Shown one piece after another: positions 12,797 to 25,628 of a DNA stretch of 64,000 nt. A program made the position numbers and the translations under genes. Position 1 is the stretch's first letter. The number at the start of each line of letters is the position of its first letter. The notes under the pieces are model-generated. The model was not told where the DNA came from. It was given only the letters and a program-made list of their open reading frames with translations, and searched no databases. Source of the stretch: Antechinus flavipes (taxonomy: Eukaryota); contig NC_067399.1 of NCBI RefSeq assembly GCF_016432865.1, positions 94,612,001-94,676,000 of the forward strand, in the 5' to 3' direction.

Positions 12797-15700
12797 GTAC
12801 TTTTCCCTTGAGGTCAGTTAACTTCATGAATTGCCTCCTTGTAGCCTGAACTCCTCAGAATATCATTGAAATACAAATGTTCATCTTGTGTCATATCCGA
12901 ACTTGTTTGATCTACTCCAGGTTTGAATTTTTATTGAGGAAAAAGAAGGAAGCATGGCTTGAGTAACAGTGATAACTCCCATCTATGAGTGCTTTATATT
13001 CCATAGAATTCTTTCTTCACAACAATCTTTTGAGATATTTAGCTCAAACATCCCCATTTTACTAGGAGGAAACTAAGACTTAGAGAGTGACTAACTGAGG
13101 AAAAGGATATGAAGTCATTTCATTCTCCAGATAAATTTAAATTCTGAGTAAACTTGATGCAAAGTCTTGAATTATAATTTCTCCAGCTGTTCTTTTCAGT
13201 GACTTGTGATACATAGAAAAAAATTGAAAAAACATGATAATTACCATTCCTAAACAATACATTTATGAAAAATGGATGATTTTTCTTTGTTGCTTTTTAG
13301 TATTTTGAGATATATGATATACTGACATACTAATATTAAGCCAAGGCCCTCATGTGAAATTTACATGAAAATGTTTTTTGTAAATCCCTATTTTAAAATT
13401 TGAATTTATAAATAGATTTTGGGTATAAATTTTGTATGCTAGTAATGATAGTGAAGTAGTAATTCTTTGAGTTTACATGTAGGTGCTAGTCAGAATTTGC
13501 ACAATTTAAAAAAAATTTTTATATGATATCCTAATATTTAAAATGGTACCACTTTTAGAGTATTTTTAACAGTGAGGAATAAGTTTAAAACTATTAGATT
13601 GTTGTAAAAGTCTTTAATATTCTGTTTTAAAATTTCTGGGGAAGGAGAGGAAAATAATGTGAAAAACAAGATACTTGCTTGTCCTGCCTGCTGACTAAAA
13701 CTTTAAAAAAGATAAAATTCAGAATTGGCACACTTTTCCTTTTTTTCTGCAAATCATAGTTCTTCCTAAATAGTGTCTTTGGGCTTAATTTTTCAGGGGA
13801 AGAGGAGGGAGGGGAAAACTAAAATAAAATTGAAACTTTGTGCCATAATAATATTATTAAGGTATTAGTGCATAAGATATATTGAATTTTTTTCCTTGTG
13901 AAAACAATAAGCTTTCTCAGCTTCTTTGTTCCTATTAGTGCCAACACTGTTTATGATTATGTCAAAAATTATTGTGAATTCTGATTTGCCTAGCTCTTCT
14001 CCTCACCTTAAGATTTATAAGTCTTGTCATTGTAACCACCAGGAAATAACAAGGCTGGAGCATAATAGAAAGAGGAACAATGGTTCATATGTTACAAAAT
14101 AAAATTCAGAAAATATTTAAATGTGGCTCTCCTTATCTATAGTAAGAAAATGCAGCTAATTTTAATTGGCAAATCTTCAGTTTTGTATTATTTGTGATAG
14201 AAATAGTAAATTTTAAGTGTAAGTATTCTCCTCTAATCAGACCTATTTTTTGTTTTTAAATTAAATTAAAAATGGGTAAGGGCTAGGTTATTCTTTAATT
14301 TTTTTGTTAAAATAATTTTTTGTAAATAACCTGTGGATCTTCAAGTTATTCTTATAAGAAGATATTTTGGGATCAAGAAATTGTGACCTCCACTACTTCT
14401 TCCCCCTCTTTCAATTAAATTTTATTGAGGTATGATTTTCTAACAACTTGCATAATTTTTTAAAAAGAAATAAACAATTTCAAACTCTAGAATTTAGCTA
14501 GTATTCAAGTTGTATTTTGACGAATACATTTTTTTATTCAGTGTTAAATTCTCATTGCACAGAGTTGCGTTAAATATCCCTTATATATGCTGAACTTGTT
14601 TTTCAAGGGGCTTTCTCTCAATTTTTGACTAATCTTTGAGAGATGCTGGGGGCAAATAAAAACCTAACAGTATAATAGTAGTAGTAGCAGCAGTGGAGAA
14701 GGCAATTTTTTCTTCCTCTTGTGTTTAAGGCTTGTTATGTCCAAGGAGAACATCTGTGAGATTTAACATTATACAAGCTTACATCTTCCCATTTCCTTAA
14801 GAGGCAAGAAAATTAGAAGAACTTTTGAAAGAAAAACATGAGTTATATGAATGTCAAGATAAGAGAGGAAGTTGTCCTAACAGTACTAAGTGGTCTTTCT
14901 TGCCTGTGACTAGAGTGAGTCTTTGTTCATTACTATTGCCATTCCTGAGTACAAGAAAAGGAGATCATGAGACTTAGTAATTAGGCTCTTTAAAACATAT
15001 ACAAATCTGGCAAAAATCCTGTTAACTTTACTGTACCAGAATTGTATTCCCTCTCTCTGCTCCTACCCTGTAGCTTAGCATCCTGGGGCTTGCCCTTACC
15101 CCCTCAAAAAAACCCCAATAAAAACTAAAAACAAAGAAAAATCCTTTAAGTGAAAGCAGAAAGAGGGATGCAAGGAGAACCCCCATTGCTGTCAGACCAG
15201 AGCTTGGATTGAGACCCCTCCCTCTACTAACTCACTTCCTTGTCCAGTCCTGTGTGTCTGTCTTGTATCCGTCTGCACTTGGACACTCCATGTCTATTGC
15301 TGGTCCCCACCTGCTACCTGTCCTTCCAGCATCTGTGGCCCCCATCTTTCTGCTCCCCCCTTCCCATGTAATTTTCCTTTTGATTCTGGCTAGGCTCTTT
15401 TGTTCTCATTGCTCTTCCCAGCCCCAATGTGTACCAGGTCCTCCACATGTATACTGTTCTTTCCTTCTTTTTTCCCTCCCTCATGTCCTCGCACAGATTT
15501 TTTATTATTTAAAAATCACTTTAGTAGAGGTCTGTGGAATGGACCAGTTATGCACAGCAAGAGCTGTCTATACCTGTTAAAAGGGGAAACCTAGTTAAAA
15601 TGTTACAGAAGTTGAATCAAGTTGAGACTTTATGCAGTTTGAATAGCATACAGCCCACATTTGAGATACTTCTAGCAGCAGAATAATCTACTGCCTAGTC

Positions 15701-16499
15701 CTTAGGAAAAATGCTTAGTGATGTATATTAGACAATACACCCATTCTCAAGCATACTTTTTTGAATAGTTATCCTTCCTTGAATACATGTCTTTTAAACC
15801 TTCCATTCTTATTGATCTGGACTAAAAGTAAAGGATGATGCCAAGCTTCTTGAGGATATCTAACCTTAGCAATCAGGAAATAGGAACTCTGATACTTAAA
15901 ATTCAAACTGTATTTACATTTTGTCTTAGAATCTCTGCATGGTGTTCACTAAATTCACATTTTCTTTTTATTGGAATGTAGATGTTTATGTTGACAACAT
16001 ATAATTTTGTATATAGATGATTCTAAACCCTGCTCATCATTGTTGCCCATTCTTACAATATTGAGCTCTCTTAAATATTCAAAGTTTATAAACTACCTGT
16101 TGCATTTGAACAAAGGCAGTTTTGAGTATGCCTGCTGAAAGATAGTTTTCCTTGCTCTGTATTTAAAAACCAAAGAAAACATTCCTTCATATTCTGGTCC
16201 ATCTGGACTGGCCCCTGTAATTACTTACTTATTGGTGCTTAAAATAAAATCCAAAAGAAGCTTTTCCTTAAAACAAATTGTTAAAAATGAAAAACCCTCT
16301 TTGGGCAGTGGGGGCTAGAAGTAGAAAGAAGCCACTCATTGATTTATGTTAAGAGATTTAATTCTTCTGTAAGGAAGGCCAGTAGTAGCACATTTCTACA
16401 TCTACCAAAGTCTTACATATGACAGCATTTAATAAGTTTTGTTCAGTAAAAATGAGTACTTTGTAATATATACTTAGTTTAAAATAAGATCACTTGTTT

Positions 16500-16844
16500 T
16501 GGCAAAATGGTATGATTTATCAAAGCAAGTGATTTTCATGTCTAAAAGAATTGGCCCTATAAGCAATAATCTAGAAAAATACATGCAATAATGAGTATAC
16601 ATAAAATGGTAGCCAGAATTTTAGAGACAGTCTCATAGATTTTTAAAAAATCCAGACATGATATAAAAATGTGCAAGAATGAATAGTAATCTGAGGTAAG
16701 CATTAAAAATTTAAATGACAGCTATGTAGGAAAACTCCAGACACTTTTAAAAATATTTAAAATTTACCCATTCTCAATATTTCATACCACTTTTATATAA
16801 AGAGTGTTCTTGTATGTTTTTGTATGTGTACCTGAATGGCCACA

Positions 16845-16882
<38 letters not shown>

Positions 16883-17705
16883 AATATAATGTATACCGAT
16901 TTACAAGAGATTCAAAAAACACAAAAATCCCCAGAGAACAGGTATACCTCAACTAATTTCAAAACCCATCAAGCCACAAAAGGAAGTCATTGTCTTTGGA
17001 TCAGCTCTTTATTTCACTAAGAGGAATGTTGACCTCTTCCTTGGCTTGCTTGTTAGGAAACAGTTATTCTGAGAATTCAGGATGGCCTTCCTCCTGAGCA
17101 ACTTAGTGGGTATAAAATAAAGCAAAAACTTGGGCCTTACGCATTTCTTCCCAACTGCACATGTTAGGTTTGAAATCATTGCATTTATCCAGAATCTTCC
17201 TTCACTATTGTGGCAATATGTTGTGTAGTATGCTGAGCCAAACCCTTTCTCTTGATGCATGACAGCAGCAGACAAATCATCAATAAAGTAGTCTGGTCCA
17301 AGGAAATTTATTGACTGTCAGTAGGGTTCCAACTTTAGGCATTGATTAAAACCAAAAGATACCCCCATTTACTTTTCTGTGATTATTTCCTGACCACCTG
17401 AATCATTCTAAGTAGTCTAAGAATCTGTGGTAGTCAACACACTAAAAGCTGTTTCTGGGCCTCCGTGAGTTATATTGGTTTTAAAGAAAATTTCCTGTCT
17501 TTTGTGTTAATACTGGTCATACAAAGATATTGCCTTCTAAAGCTTCAGTTTCCATGAGGTTGGCCAACATTTCAGTAACCAAGTAGGGATCCTGAGAAGT
17601 CATTTCTTTTCCATTACTAAAATTTTCTGGAAATTTTAGTGACAGGTCTCTGAAAGATTCTGTGATATTTGATTTATCATCACATGCAATACATAACAAG
17701 ATACA
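16500..17705 (-). pseudogene. USP44: USP44 processed pseudogene, 5'-truncated (C-terminal USP domain plus part of 3' UTR), antisense in PPP1R21 intron 11
   Basis: The minus strand reads [24 protein letters not shown]...[21 protein letters not shown] / LTEAQKQLLVC*LPQILRL / FRWSG / FIDDLSAAVMHQEKGFGSAYYTTYCHNSEGRFW / ...SEIKS*. This is collinear with USP44 ([24 protein letters not shown]...LTEAQKQL...FRWSG...[30 protein letters not shown], recalled). It has stops and frameshifts and no introns. The stop is at 17001-17003. The 3' boundary is approximate. Confidence 0.9.
16841..16880. repeat. (CA)n microsatellite within the USP44 retrocopy 3' UTR
   Basis: Read directly; one T interruption. Confidence 0.95.
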
Positions 17706-18684
17706 GGCTGAGCCTCCATCTTGCAAGCTTATTAGCTAGCAGGTGTGATGGCAGCCATAAAACTACTTGTTTTGGTCTGAATGTCCTAAGATTCAGTAGA
17801 ATTACATGTATGACACTTGCCTTTTCCAGAACATTTCAGGAAACTTGAACTTATATCAAAAACAATGGAATTTAGAACTTTTGAAATTAGACTTATATAT
17901 AAAGTATCATAGTATTGTACTTTTGTTTCTATTTTGTTATGTATTTACTTTGCTTATACTTGGAAGAGATCTGCCTCAGAATCTCTTGAAAAGGACTTAA
18001 GACTAAAAAAGCCCTTTCCTGAGTTTTTTTTTTTTCCTAGAATATCGTCCATAAACTCTTAGACTTATCTAATAGGACTAATCATTTTAAGTAAACCTTT
18101 ACTATATTTGTTCAGATGAGTTAAGTGGCCAAAAACAAAAAACAAAACAAATCTCAAAACCAAAAAAAAACCAAAACCTCATCACACAAAAGTTGGGTGT
18201 CCTAGGGATTGAGTATGTATGAAATTTAAATGAAGTTATGCAATTAAGTCATGAGGGGGAAAAATAGAGAAAATCCCTAAGAAGTCTTTCCAAAGATAAT
18301 TTCCAGAGCTTTCTAGCTATGCTAAAAGGTTCCACTTTTTTCTCCCCTGAGGTAAATCTTTCTCTAGATAACTTGTTCAGTTTTAAAACTGAATTGTAGC
18401 TTATATGTTAGGAATTAATTTTTAATATAAGAATTCAGATTTATTCCTTTCTACTGCTATTTTTTTTGAAAGATGTAGTGATAACTTATAGTGAAATGCT
18501 TATTTTTTTCATTGATATTGGTTTCTTAATGAGCCTCTTTGTACTGGTTTGTATAGGTAACAATAGTATCTACTATTGTTTTTATGGATTCCCTTGTAGG
18601 AATTGTCTTTGAAATGATTTTTTTAAATCCCAGAGTATTACTGTGGGGGCTAGGGAGAGCTAGTACCTCTTTAGAAGAGAGTAC

Positions 18685-18747
18685 CACACGTGTGTGGGTG
18701 TGTGTGTGTGTGTGTGTGTGTGTGTACACACATACACATACGCGCGT
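18685..18747. repeat. (GT)n-(AC)n-(CG)3 alternating purine-pyrimidine tract
   Basis: Read directly. Confidence 0.92.
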
Positions 18748-19021
18748 AAGCATATTTTTATTCTTGGTCTCAGTGATTCACTGGTAGCTACAGCAAAAGA
18801 ATAAGCAGCAATTTTGTGTATCATTGGGAAAAAAGGAGACCTTTATAAGACTAAACTCTTATTTCTTTTAAATCTCAGAAGCCAAGGGTAATCATTTTAG
18901 GACATTTATTTTCCACTTAGCAATATATAACTATTTCAGAACCTAGGTAGTAATAAAAGCTTTCTATGGGTAGTTTAAAATCATTCAGGGTGCTCACTTT
19001 AAAAAATTTACCTATTCCTAG

Positions 19022-19158
19022 TTTGGAGGAAGAATGTGAATCTTCTGTTTGCACATCTGCATTAAGAGCCAGAAATCTAGAATTATACAGTGATGTGAAA
19101 AAGATGACTGCTGTGTTTGAGAAGCTCCAGACTTATATTGCTCTTCTTGCATTGCCAA
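19022..19158 (+). CDS. PPP1R21: PPP1R21 exon 12 (LEEECESSVCTSALRARNLELYSDVKKMTAVFEKLQTYIALLALP)
   Basis: ttcctag| acceptor, |gtaagt donor; 137 nt, phase 2-1; lies within ORF 18966..19235. Confidence 0.96.
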
Positions 19159-19964
19159 GTAAGTTTGTTTTGACTCTCTTATTGGTTCAAATGGAACAAC
19201 TTACTCTTCTTAGAACTTACAAAAAAGTTGAATGAAGACTTTTGATGTCTTAAGTGGAGGAGAACAAGCTTTAGGAATTCAAATCAACTTTTTACTGAAT
19301 AAGATTATCTTTACTAGAATAATTATAATTTATTCCCTTCTGCGCCTTATATTTAAAAGCATTTTTTCTCCTTGATGATTGAAATGGGTAGTTAGTTATG
19401 ATGCTTTCTCAAAAGCTTTAGAGCTTCCCTATGCTTGGATGTTTAATTGTGTATTGAGTAGTATTGAATAAATTCTAAAATGTGTATAGTCATTGAATAT
19501 AATCAGAAAAAAGAGGTATTAGAAGGTACCAATGATTATGAGATAAGAAGTCTTTTAAAGCATTCACATTTGAAAAAGGATATGAAAGATTTAATTTCTT
19601 TTAATGATTTGCTTTCTTTCTTAACCATCACAGCATTCTCGGAGACTCAAGGATTTATTCATTCAGCCAAGCAGCAATTATTTGTTAAATGGATACTTTG
19701 TACTAGATGCAACTTGAAACCTTTTTAAAATTCTTCCTGTATTCTTTAAAAAGACAAAATTTATTATGTATATTTTGATGATCATGATTTATATTTTAAT
19801 GCTCATGTATTGATTTCAGTAAACACCTGCTATATACCACATACATTGCTTTGTGGTATTCCATCTTCCCTTTTCTAAAACTAATTGGTGGTGATAGAGT
19901 GTATTTAAATTTTCAGGGAGAATATATTCCAAAAATGTTTAGATTTGCGATTTTGATATTTCAG

Positions 19965-20057
19965 GTACAAAGCCAGATGGACTACTTCGGGCAAACTATA
20001 ATTCAGTATTAACACGTATTGCTGTAGTTCTTCAAGAATTTCATGATGTCATGAAAG
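19965..20057 (+). CDS. PPP1R21: PPP1R21 exon 13 ([S]TKPDGLLRANYNSVLTRIAVVLQEFHDVMK)
   Basis: tttcag| acceptor, |gtaagg donor; 93 nt, phase 1-1. Confidence 0.95.
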
Positions 20058-22084
20058 GTAAGGTTCAAAAATAAATGCAAATAAACGTTGAAATTCTTGC
20101 TATGTCAGGATGCTGTCAATAATTATAAATCCCAGATTAAATCCATATTAGCATTTGGCTTATATTTAAATGTGCAGCTTATTGTCCCTCTGTTCTTAAC
20201 ATCTGTTTTGTTTTTAAAACTGAGATGCTGAAATACTGAATACATTTAGGAAAGGAATATGAATTTTACTTGTATGTATTCATATTTTTTATGTGGTCAG
20301 TTTTGCAGTCTTGTATAAAATGCAAAACCCTTATTACTGAACCCCAAATTCCAAAGATCTGAGAAAACAAAGGTTTAAATTCTTCTGAATTTTTATCTTA
20401 TCACATATTCTATTATGTAAAAATTTAATTTGAATTTGGGAAGTTCCTATTTGACATACAGGATATTTATTTATTTGTTTTTTTTGTGTCAAGTGGATAT
20501 TATACTATGGCCTCCTAGAACTAGTCGAAGATGATTATTTTGGATTATTTAGTAGTCGGTTACTACTTTGTTGGGAATACAGGATGTGAATAGAATATCC
20601 ACCCTTATTCCCCGTTTCATATTGTAGAGTCAGGATTATAAGAAGGCCAAGTAATTGCTCTTTGTTTATGTTGCTCTCCTTGTAGGAATCTCATTGTAAG
20701 ACATCCCAAGTTCTGGGAACCTCGCCTTGGCACTGGTATAGGGTCTTGTAAATTCTGAAGAAGTATGTTGTTACAGTTTAAAAATTCTAATTATGCTCTT
20801 CTGATATTCGAGTAATCCAGAGTACCAATGTAAGATGAGAGAGATAATTAAAGGAAAGCAGTAAAGAGAGGGAAAAAATTATGGGGAAGCCACCTAAATT
20901 CTTGCATTATTTTTCCATGCCTTAAAGATAATGTAAGTTGATCTCCCCCCCCCCCCAAAAAAAAAAAAAAAAGAAAAAGAAAAGATATCTTTTTTTTTTT
21001 TTGATCTTTTACCAACTTAATATGAGGATTTGATTAGATCTTAAGAGTATTCTTTATGAGTTCCTCCAAAGGGGGAACGGGGAGACAGGAACTTTGTAAA
21101 TAAACCACTTAGTATTATCTCAAATCTTACCCCTTCTTGTTTTACTCTGATCAAATGGCTGTGCTAAGATTTAGCAGGAAGAGTTTTTGGGTGAAAGCAA
21201 AATTTGGAACACTATGTGTTCTAATTGTAACAAAATTTAAAGACTATCTTTAGCATATGATAATGTGCATTTTAAATATTATGTTTAAACTTAGCTAATG
21301 TTGAGTGTTTTAGGAGATTGAAAATGAGTAAATGACTAGACATTAAAAAAAAGAGTTTAATTCTGAGTTGCCTCATTTTCTGGTATTAAAATTGTCAAAA
21401 AAAAGACCCAAATAATCAAGACATCTGGATTTGATTGTCATAAATAATTGAAACTGTAGATATGATGGTAGTAGTACTATGGTAGCATTATTGTTTGCAG
21501 TAAAAACTATGGCAGCCTTTTTGTATGTATTCTTATTTGCCAATTATGTTAGGGATTTCATGAAACTGCCAAAAACTAGATGAATTCTTACAGATTTGTA
21601 GGATTTCAATAAACACAAAAGAGTTTAAGTTTAGCTTAGCCACATAAGAAAATGCTTTTCTCAGTGAATGGAAAGTTGATTGTGTAGGAAATACTACTTC
21701 AGTTGAATTTTCATTTAATGAGAGACATGTTAATGAAAACATACAGAATTGTATTTTATTTTCAACATTTTAATTTTTTTGTTGTTTTATAATGGCCTCT
21801 TACATTCTTCCTAATTATAACAAAGTTAACATGTGACTTATTAAAACTTTTTGTCTATATTCTTCCATTATCCACAATCTACTTTTTTTTTTTGGTGGGG
21901 GGGAGGGTCATGAGGCAAGGAGAGGGAGCTTGTTCCCTGGACACTTATACTTTGTGGATACCAGTATAGAATTTTATTCAATCATCATATAATGATTATG
22001 CTATCAGCTAATACATGTAATGCTTTTATTACATTATAAATGTTTTGTTACATTTATGTACAAAGTATTTGTACATACATTTCT

Positions 22085-22241
22085 TTTTCCTTTTTGTTTT
22101 TTGACAAGGCATTTGGGCAAGACAAAGTGACTTGCTAAGGTCACATGGCTAGTAAGTGTCAAATGTCTGAGGCCAAATTTGAGCTTAGGCCCTCCTGACT
22201 CCAAGGCTGGTGGTCTAGCCATTATGCCACCCGGCTGCCCC
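22085..22241 (-). mobile_element. WSINE1-type SINE
   Basis: T tail followed by gtgacttgctaaggtcacat...ggctgcccc. Confidence 0.8.
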
Positions 22242-22673
22242 TTTGGGCATTTCAGCTGATCGTTACATTGTTATTTTTATCTGCATTCTACAGTTGTGGA
22301 AACTGAATGTCTGAAAGGTTAAGACTCACATTTAGACTTCTAAATGAAAGAAGTGGGATTTGAAGCCAGAGTTTCTTCTATTTAGTTTGCACACTTTGCA
22401 CTGTGCCATATTGCTGTTTCTAATGTTCTATAGAAAAATTTTTTTTATACTTTTCTGGTCATGTAAATGTATGAGCCTCTTTTTCCAATATTTTCATTCA
22501 ATAGTATCAGAATAGATTGTTCTTAGATTAGAGACAATAGCATTTAAAACTAAAGAATGGATGTAATGTCTTAAGATTTGGAGGCTGTTGTCTATGATGC
22601 ATACACACATATAAACAATAATGTATAGAAGTCATGTGAAGTAATGTGAGTTTTCATTTGGTATTTCTTTTAG

Positions 22674-22801
22674 ATATTTCCAAGCACTATAGTCAGAAAG
22701 CTACCATAGAACATGAACTTCCAACAGCTACTCAGAAGCTCATAACAACTAATGACTGCATTCTGTCTTCAGTAGTGGCATTAACAAATGGAGCAGGAAA
22801 G
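22674..22801 (+). CDS. PPP1R21: PPP1R21 exon 14 ([D]ISKHYSQKATIEHELPTATQKLITTNDCILSSVVALTNGAGK)
   Basis: cttttag| acceptor, |gtaatt donor; 128 nt, phase 1-0; lies within ORF 22646..22834. Confidence 0.96.
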
Positions 22802-22942
22802 GTAATTTTCCCCATTTTATTCCAATTGACATAAAGCTCAGTTCTTTAAAAAACTATGAAAAGGACTATGGAAAGAGTACTGAAATTGGGTCAGATCTTG
22901 CTTCTTTTTCCTATATAGGTGATAGAATGATAATACTGACAT

Positions 22943-23168
22943 TTAGGTGGTACAGCAGAGACAGGAGGACCTTTGGGAATTGTGCCATAGACAAAGCTGT
23001 GTGGTCTTAGGCAAGTTCCTTAACCACTCCTACCTTCAGTTTTCTTCTCAGTAAAGTTGTAATAAAAATAGTACCCACCTTGTAGGGCTCTTGTGAGGAT
23101 CCAATGAGATAACATATGTAAAGTGCTTTGCAAAGCTTAAAATGCTATATACATGCTAGCTATTACTA
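22943..23168 (+). mobile_element. MIR SINE
   Basis: Core gcaagttccttaacc...ttgtgaggatccaatgagataac...gctagctatta. Confidence 0.75.
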
Positions 23169-24764
23169 TGGTGATGAGGACTACAACTATTATATTGGCA
23201 GCTACCATTTAACGTCTTTGTGTCTCAGTTGACTCTTCTGTTAAATGAGAGGTGTAGATTAATATCCACTTGGCTTTTATCTCTAAAATCGTATGGACCA
23301 ATTTTTATTGAATAAAAGAACTTTGGGGATATGAAACAGTCTAAGTTCAATAAATTTGCTATCATTGAACATTTAATAAATTTCGTTGTTAATAAAAAAG
23401 ATTAACCGATGAAGTCTGACCAAATTATACCTTCTTAATTTTTTTCATTGTTCTGATCTATGAAGAATTAGAGCTCAGTTTGTGTGTGTGCAATTACTTT
23501 TGTTTTTGTCAAATACTTAAAAAATAGAGTCTGCTGTGATCCATATTTCAAAATGGTTGTGTCAAGTTATAGAGTTGTAAGGCTCAAATAGCATTGTTAT
23601 TACAAAGATTATTTCAATCTTGGATTCTGTTTCAGCAAACTCACAAATTATTTTACAGATGGGTACTAATTTCTATTACTGGATTTCTAAAAAATATACT
23701 ATCTGACAAATAGAACATATTAGACAAAAAAAAGTTTCCTGAGATCATGCTATATATCTGATAAAGTTTACTTTTTCTAAACTCCAGTATGATGTCTTAA
23801 CAGTTCAGTCTAAATAATGCTTTATGACCATCGTTGAAGACAGCAATTATTGGGCTCTTTTAGACTTGTTATATTAGATTTCTGAGCTAGAAAGCCTTCT
23901 TTGTTACTTTTTACTCTCTTCTCGTGTATAGACTATACCATAAGTTTCTCAGAAGTAACTTTATTTTAGCCTTATTTTTAACATACATATCATTAATGGC
24001 TTTTGTCTTTCTATTATAACCATTTCTAGAAAGGAAAACCTTTTGGATTCAAAAAAGAATTTGTACAAAGATCTTATTAAAAAAAAAAAAAATAAAGGAA
24101 ACCAAGCCAAAACACCCTTCTGAAAAAGAAAAAAAGAAATCCTCTTAAAAAGACCTCTATATCCACCCCTTCTTTGAAGCAAAAATAATTAAGCAAAAAC
24201 AACCAGTGCAGTTCCCAGTCCTGACAAAGTATGTAGAATTCTTTTCTTGGAGTCTCTCACCTCTCTGCCATGGAAGAGGGATGTCTTGTTTCCTCATCTC
24301 TAAAACAGTCCTTGGTTTTTCATTACTCCAAGGTCAGCTTCCTCTTAGTTATCCTTTCATAGGTTCTGCTTATTTCCCTGTGCATCACTTCCTATAAATT
24401 TATGAAAGTAATTTTATGTAAATTTCACTTAAAACCATTTCTAGGAAAAATAATTGATTGCTGTCCAAAATCAACACATATCTTGACTTTTAGACTCTTA
24501 TCTTTGCACTATCACTTCATGAAGAATGGAAATGACCAACCATATGACATATCTGTTCCCAGAATTTAGGACAATTACCTTTTTCTTTGATCAGTTACTG
24601 CTTATGGGTATTCAACACAAATTGATGCATTTGAGGTTTGGGGCAGGATAATGAAATTTAATTTTCATCCCTACCAACTTTTAAGCATTTCTTTGAAAGG
24701 TGTTGCTGCATGTTGGATATATTCTTTAAAAATACAATTTGTCTTCTTGTTATCCTTTGTTTAG

Positions 24765-24917
24765 ATCGCATCTTTCTTCAGCAACAATGTTGACTACTTT
24801 ATTGCTTCACTGAGCTATGGGCCTAAGGAGGCCAATGGATTCATCAGTCCTCTCTCAGCAGAATGTATGCTGCAATACAAGCAAAAAGCTGCTGCTTATA
24901 TGAAGTCTTTGAAGAAG
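24765..24917 (+). CDS. PPP1R21: PPP1R21 exon 15 (IASFFSNNVDYFIASLSYGPKEANGFISPLSAECMLQYKQKAAAYMKSLKK)
   Basis: tgtttag| acceptor, |gttaga donor; 153 nt. Confidence 0.96.
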
Positions 24918-25628
24918 GTTAGAGAAGACCACAGAGACAGATGGCACAGCCTTGGCAATGGCCTAGAGTTTTATTAGAGCTCCTTTTATTGTTAGCCTAT
25001 CATTGAAAGAGTCCATCTAGTCCTACCCTCTCATTTTAGAGTAAGGAAAACTGAAGCGCAAGAAGTTTAGTGATTTTCCTGTAGTCACACAGGAGTTATA
25101 TATGAGAGGCAGGATTTTAAACTCAGTTCCTCTAACTCCAGAGCTAGTGCTCTTTTCACATTCCCATGGCCCCTTCCAGATAAAGAAACTAAAATTCAGA
25201 AGGAAACTAAAATTACTTGCTGCTATTCTTATAGTTAGGAAGTGTTAGACCTTAGATTCTAACCCTGATCCTGAGACTCCAAGACCAGTACCATTTCTAC
25301 CAGATTATTATTTAAAATCAAAGGGGGGAAAAAAGAATATATTTCCAGAATGTTTCAGGAACATTTATGTTCTATATCATTTAGATTCAACACATTTCTT
25401 TTTGATAGTGGGTCAGGATAAGGACAGATTCAATTTGACAAAGTCTTAACGAGTAAATTAACCCCTTTAACTTCAAGAAGTACCTGACATTCTCAACCCC
25501 AGAATGGGTGACCTGAAATTATATAACATTTAGTACCCCTGTTTGTACATGTAGCATGAGAGAGACTAGAAAAAATGCTTCTCAACTTCTCCTTCTGCCC
25601 TTACTTGTTGGTGATGACTTTACTGCAG

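Noticed and set aside
15209-15580. 123-aa plus-strand ORF as a novel protein
   Set aside because: Starts at a non-ATG codon, is Leu/Pro/Ser/Phe-rich as expected from pyrimidine bias, and has no recognisable domain.
17009-17726. Minus-strand ORFs as an endogenous viral element, transposase or functional nested gene
   Set aside because: The motifs match the USP44 catalytic domain; stops, frameshifts and loss of the catalytic His indicate a pseudogene.
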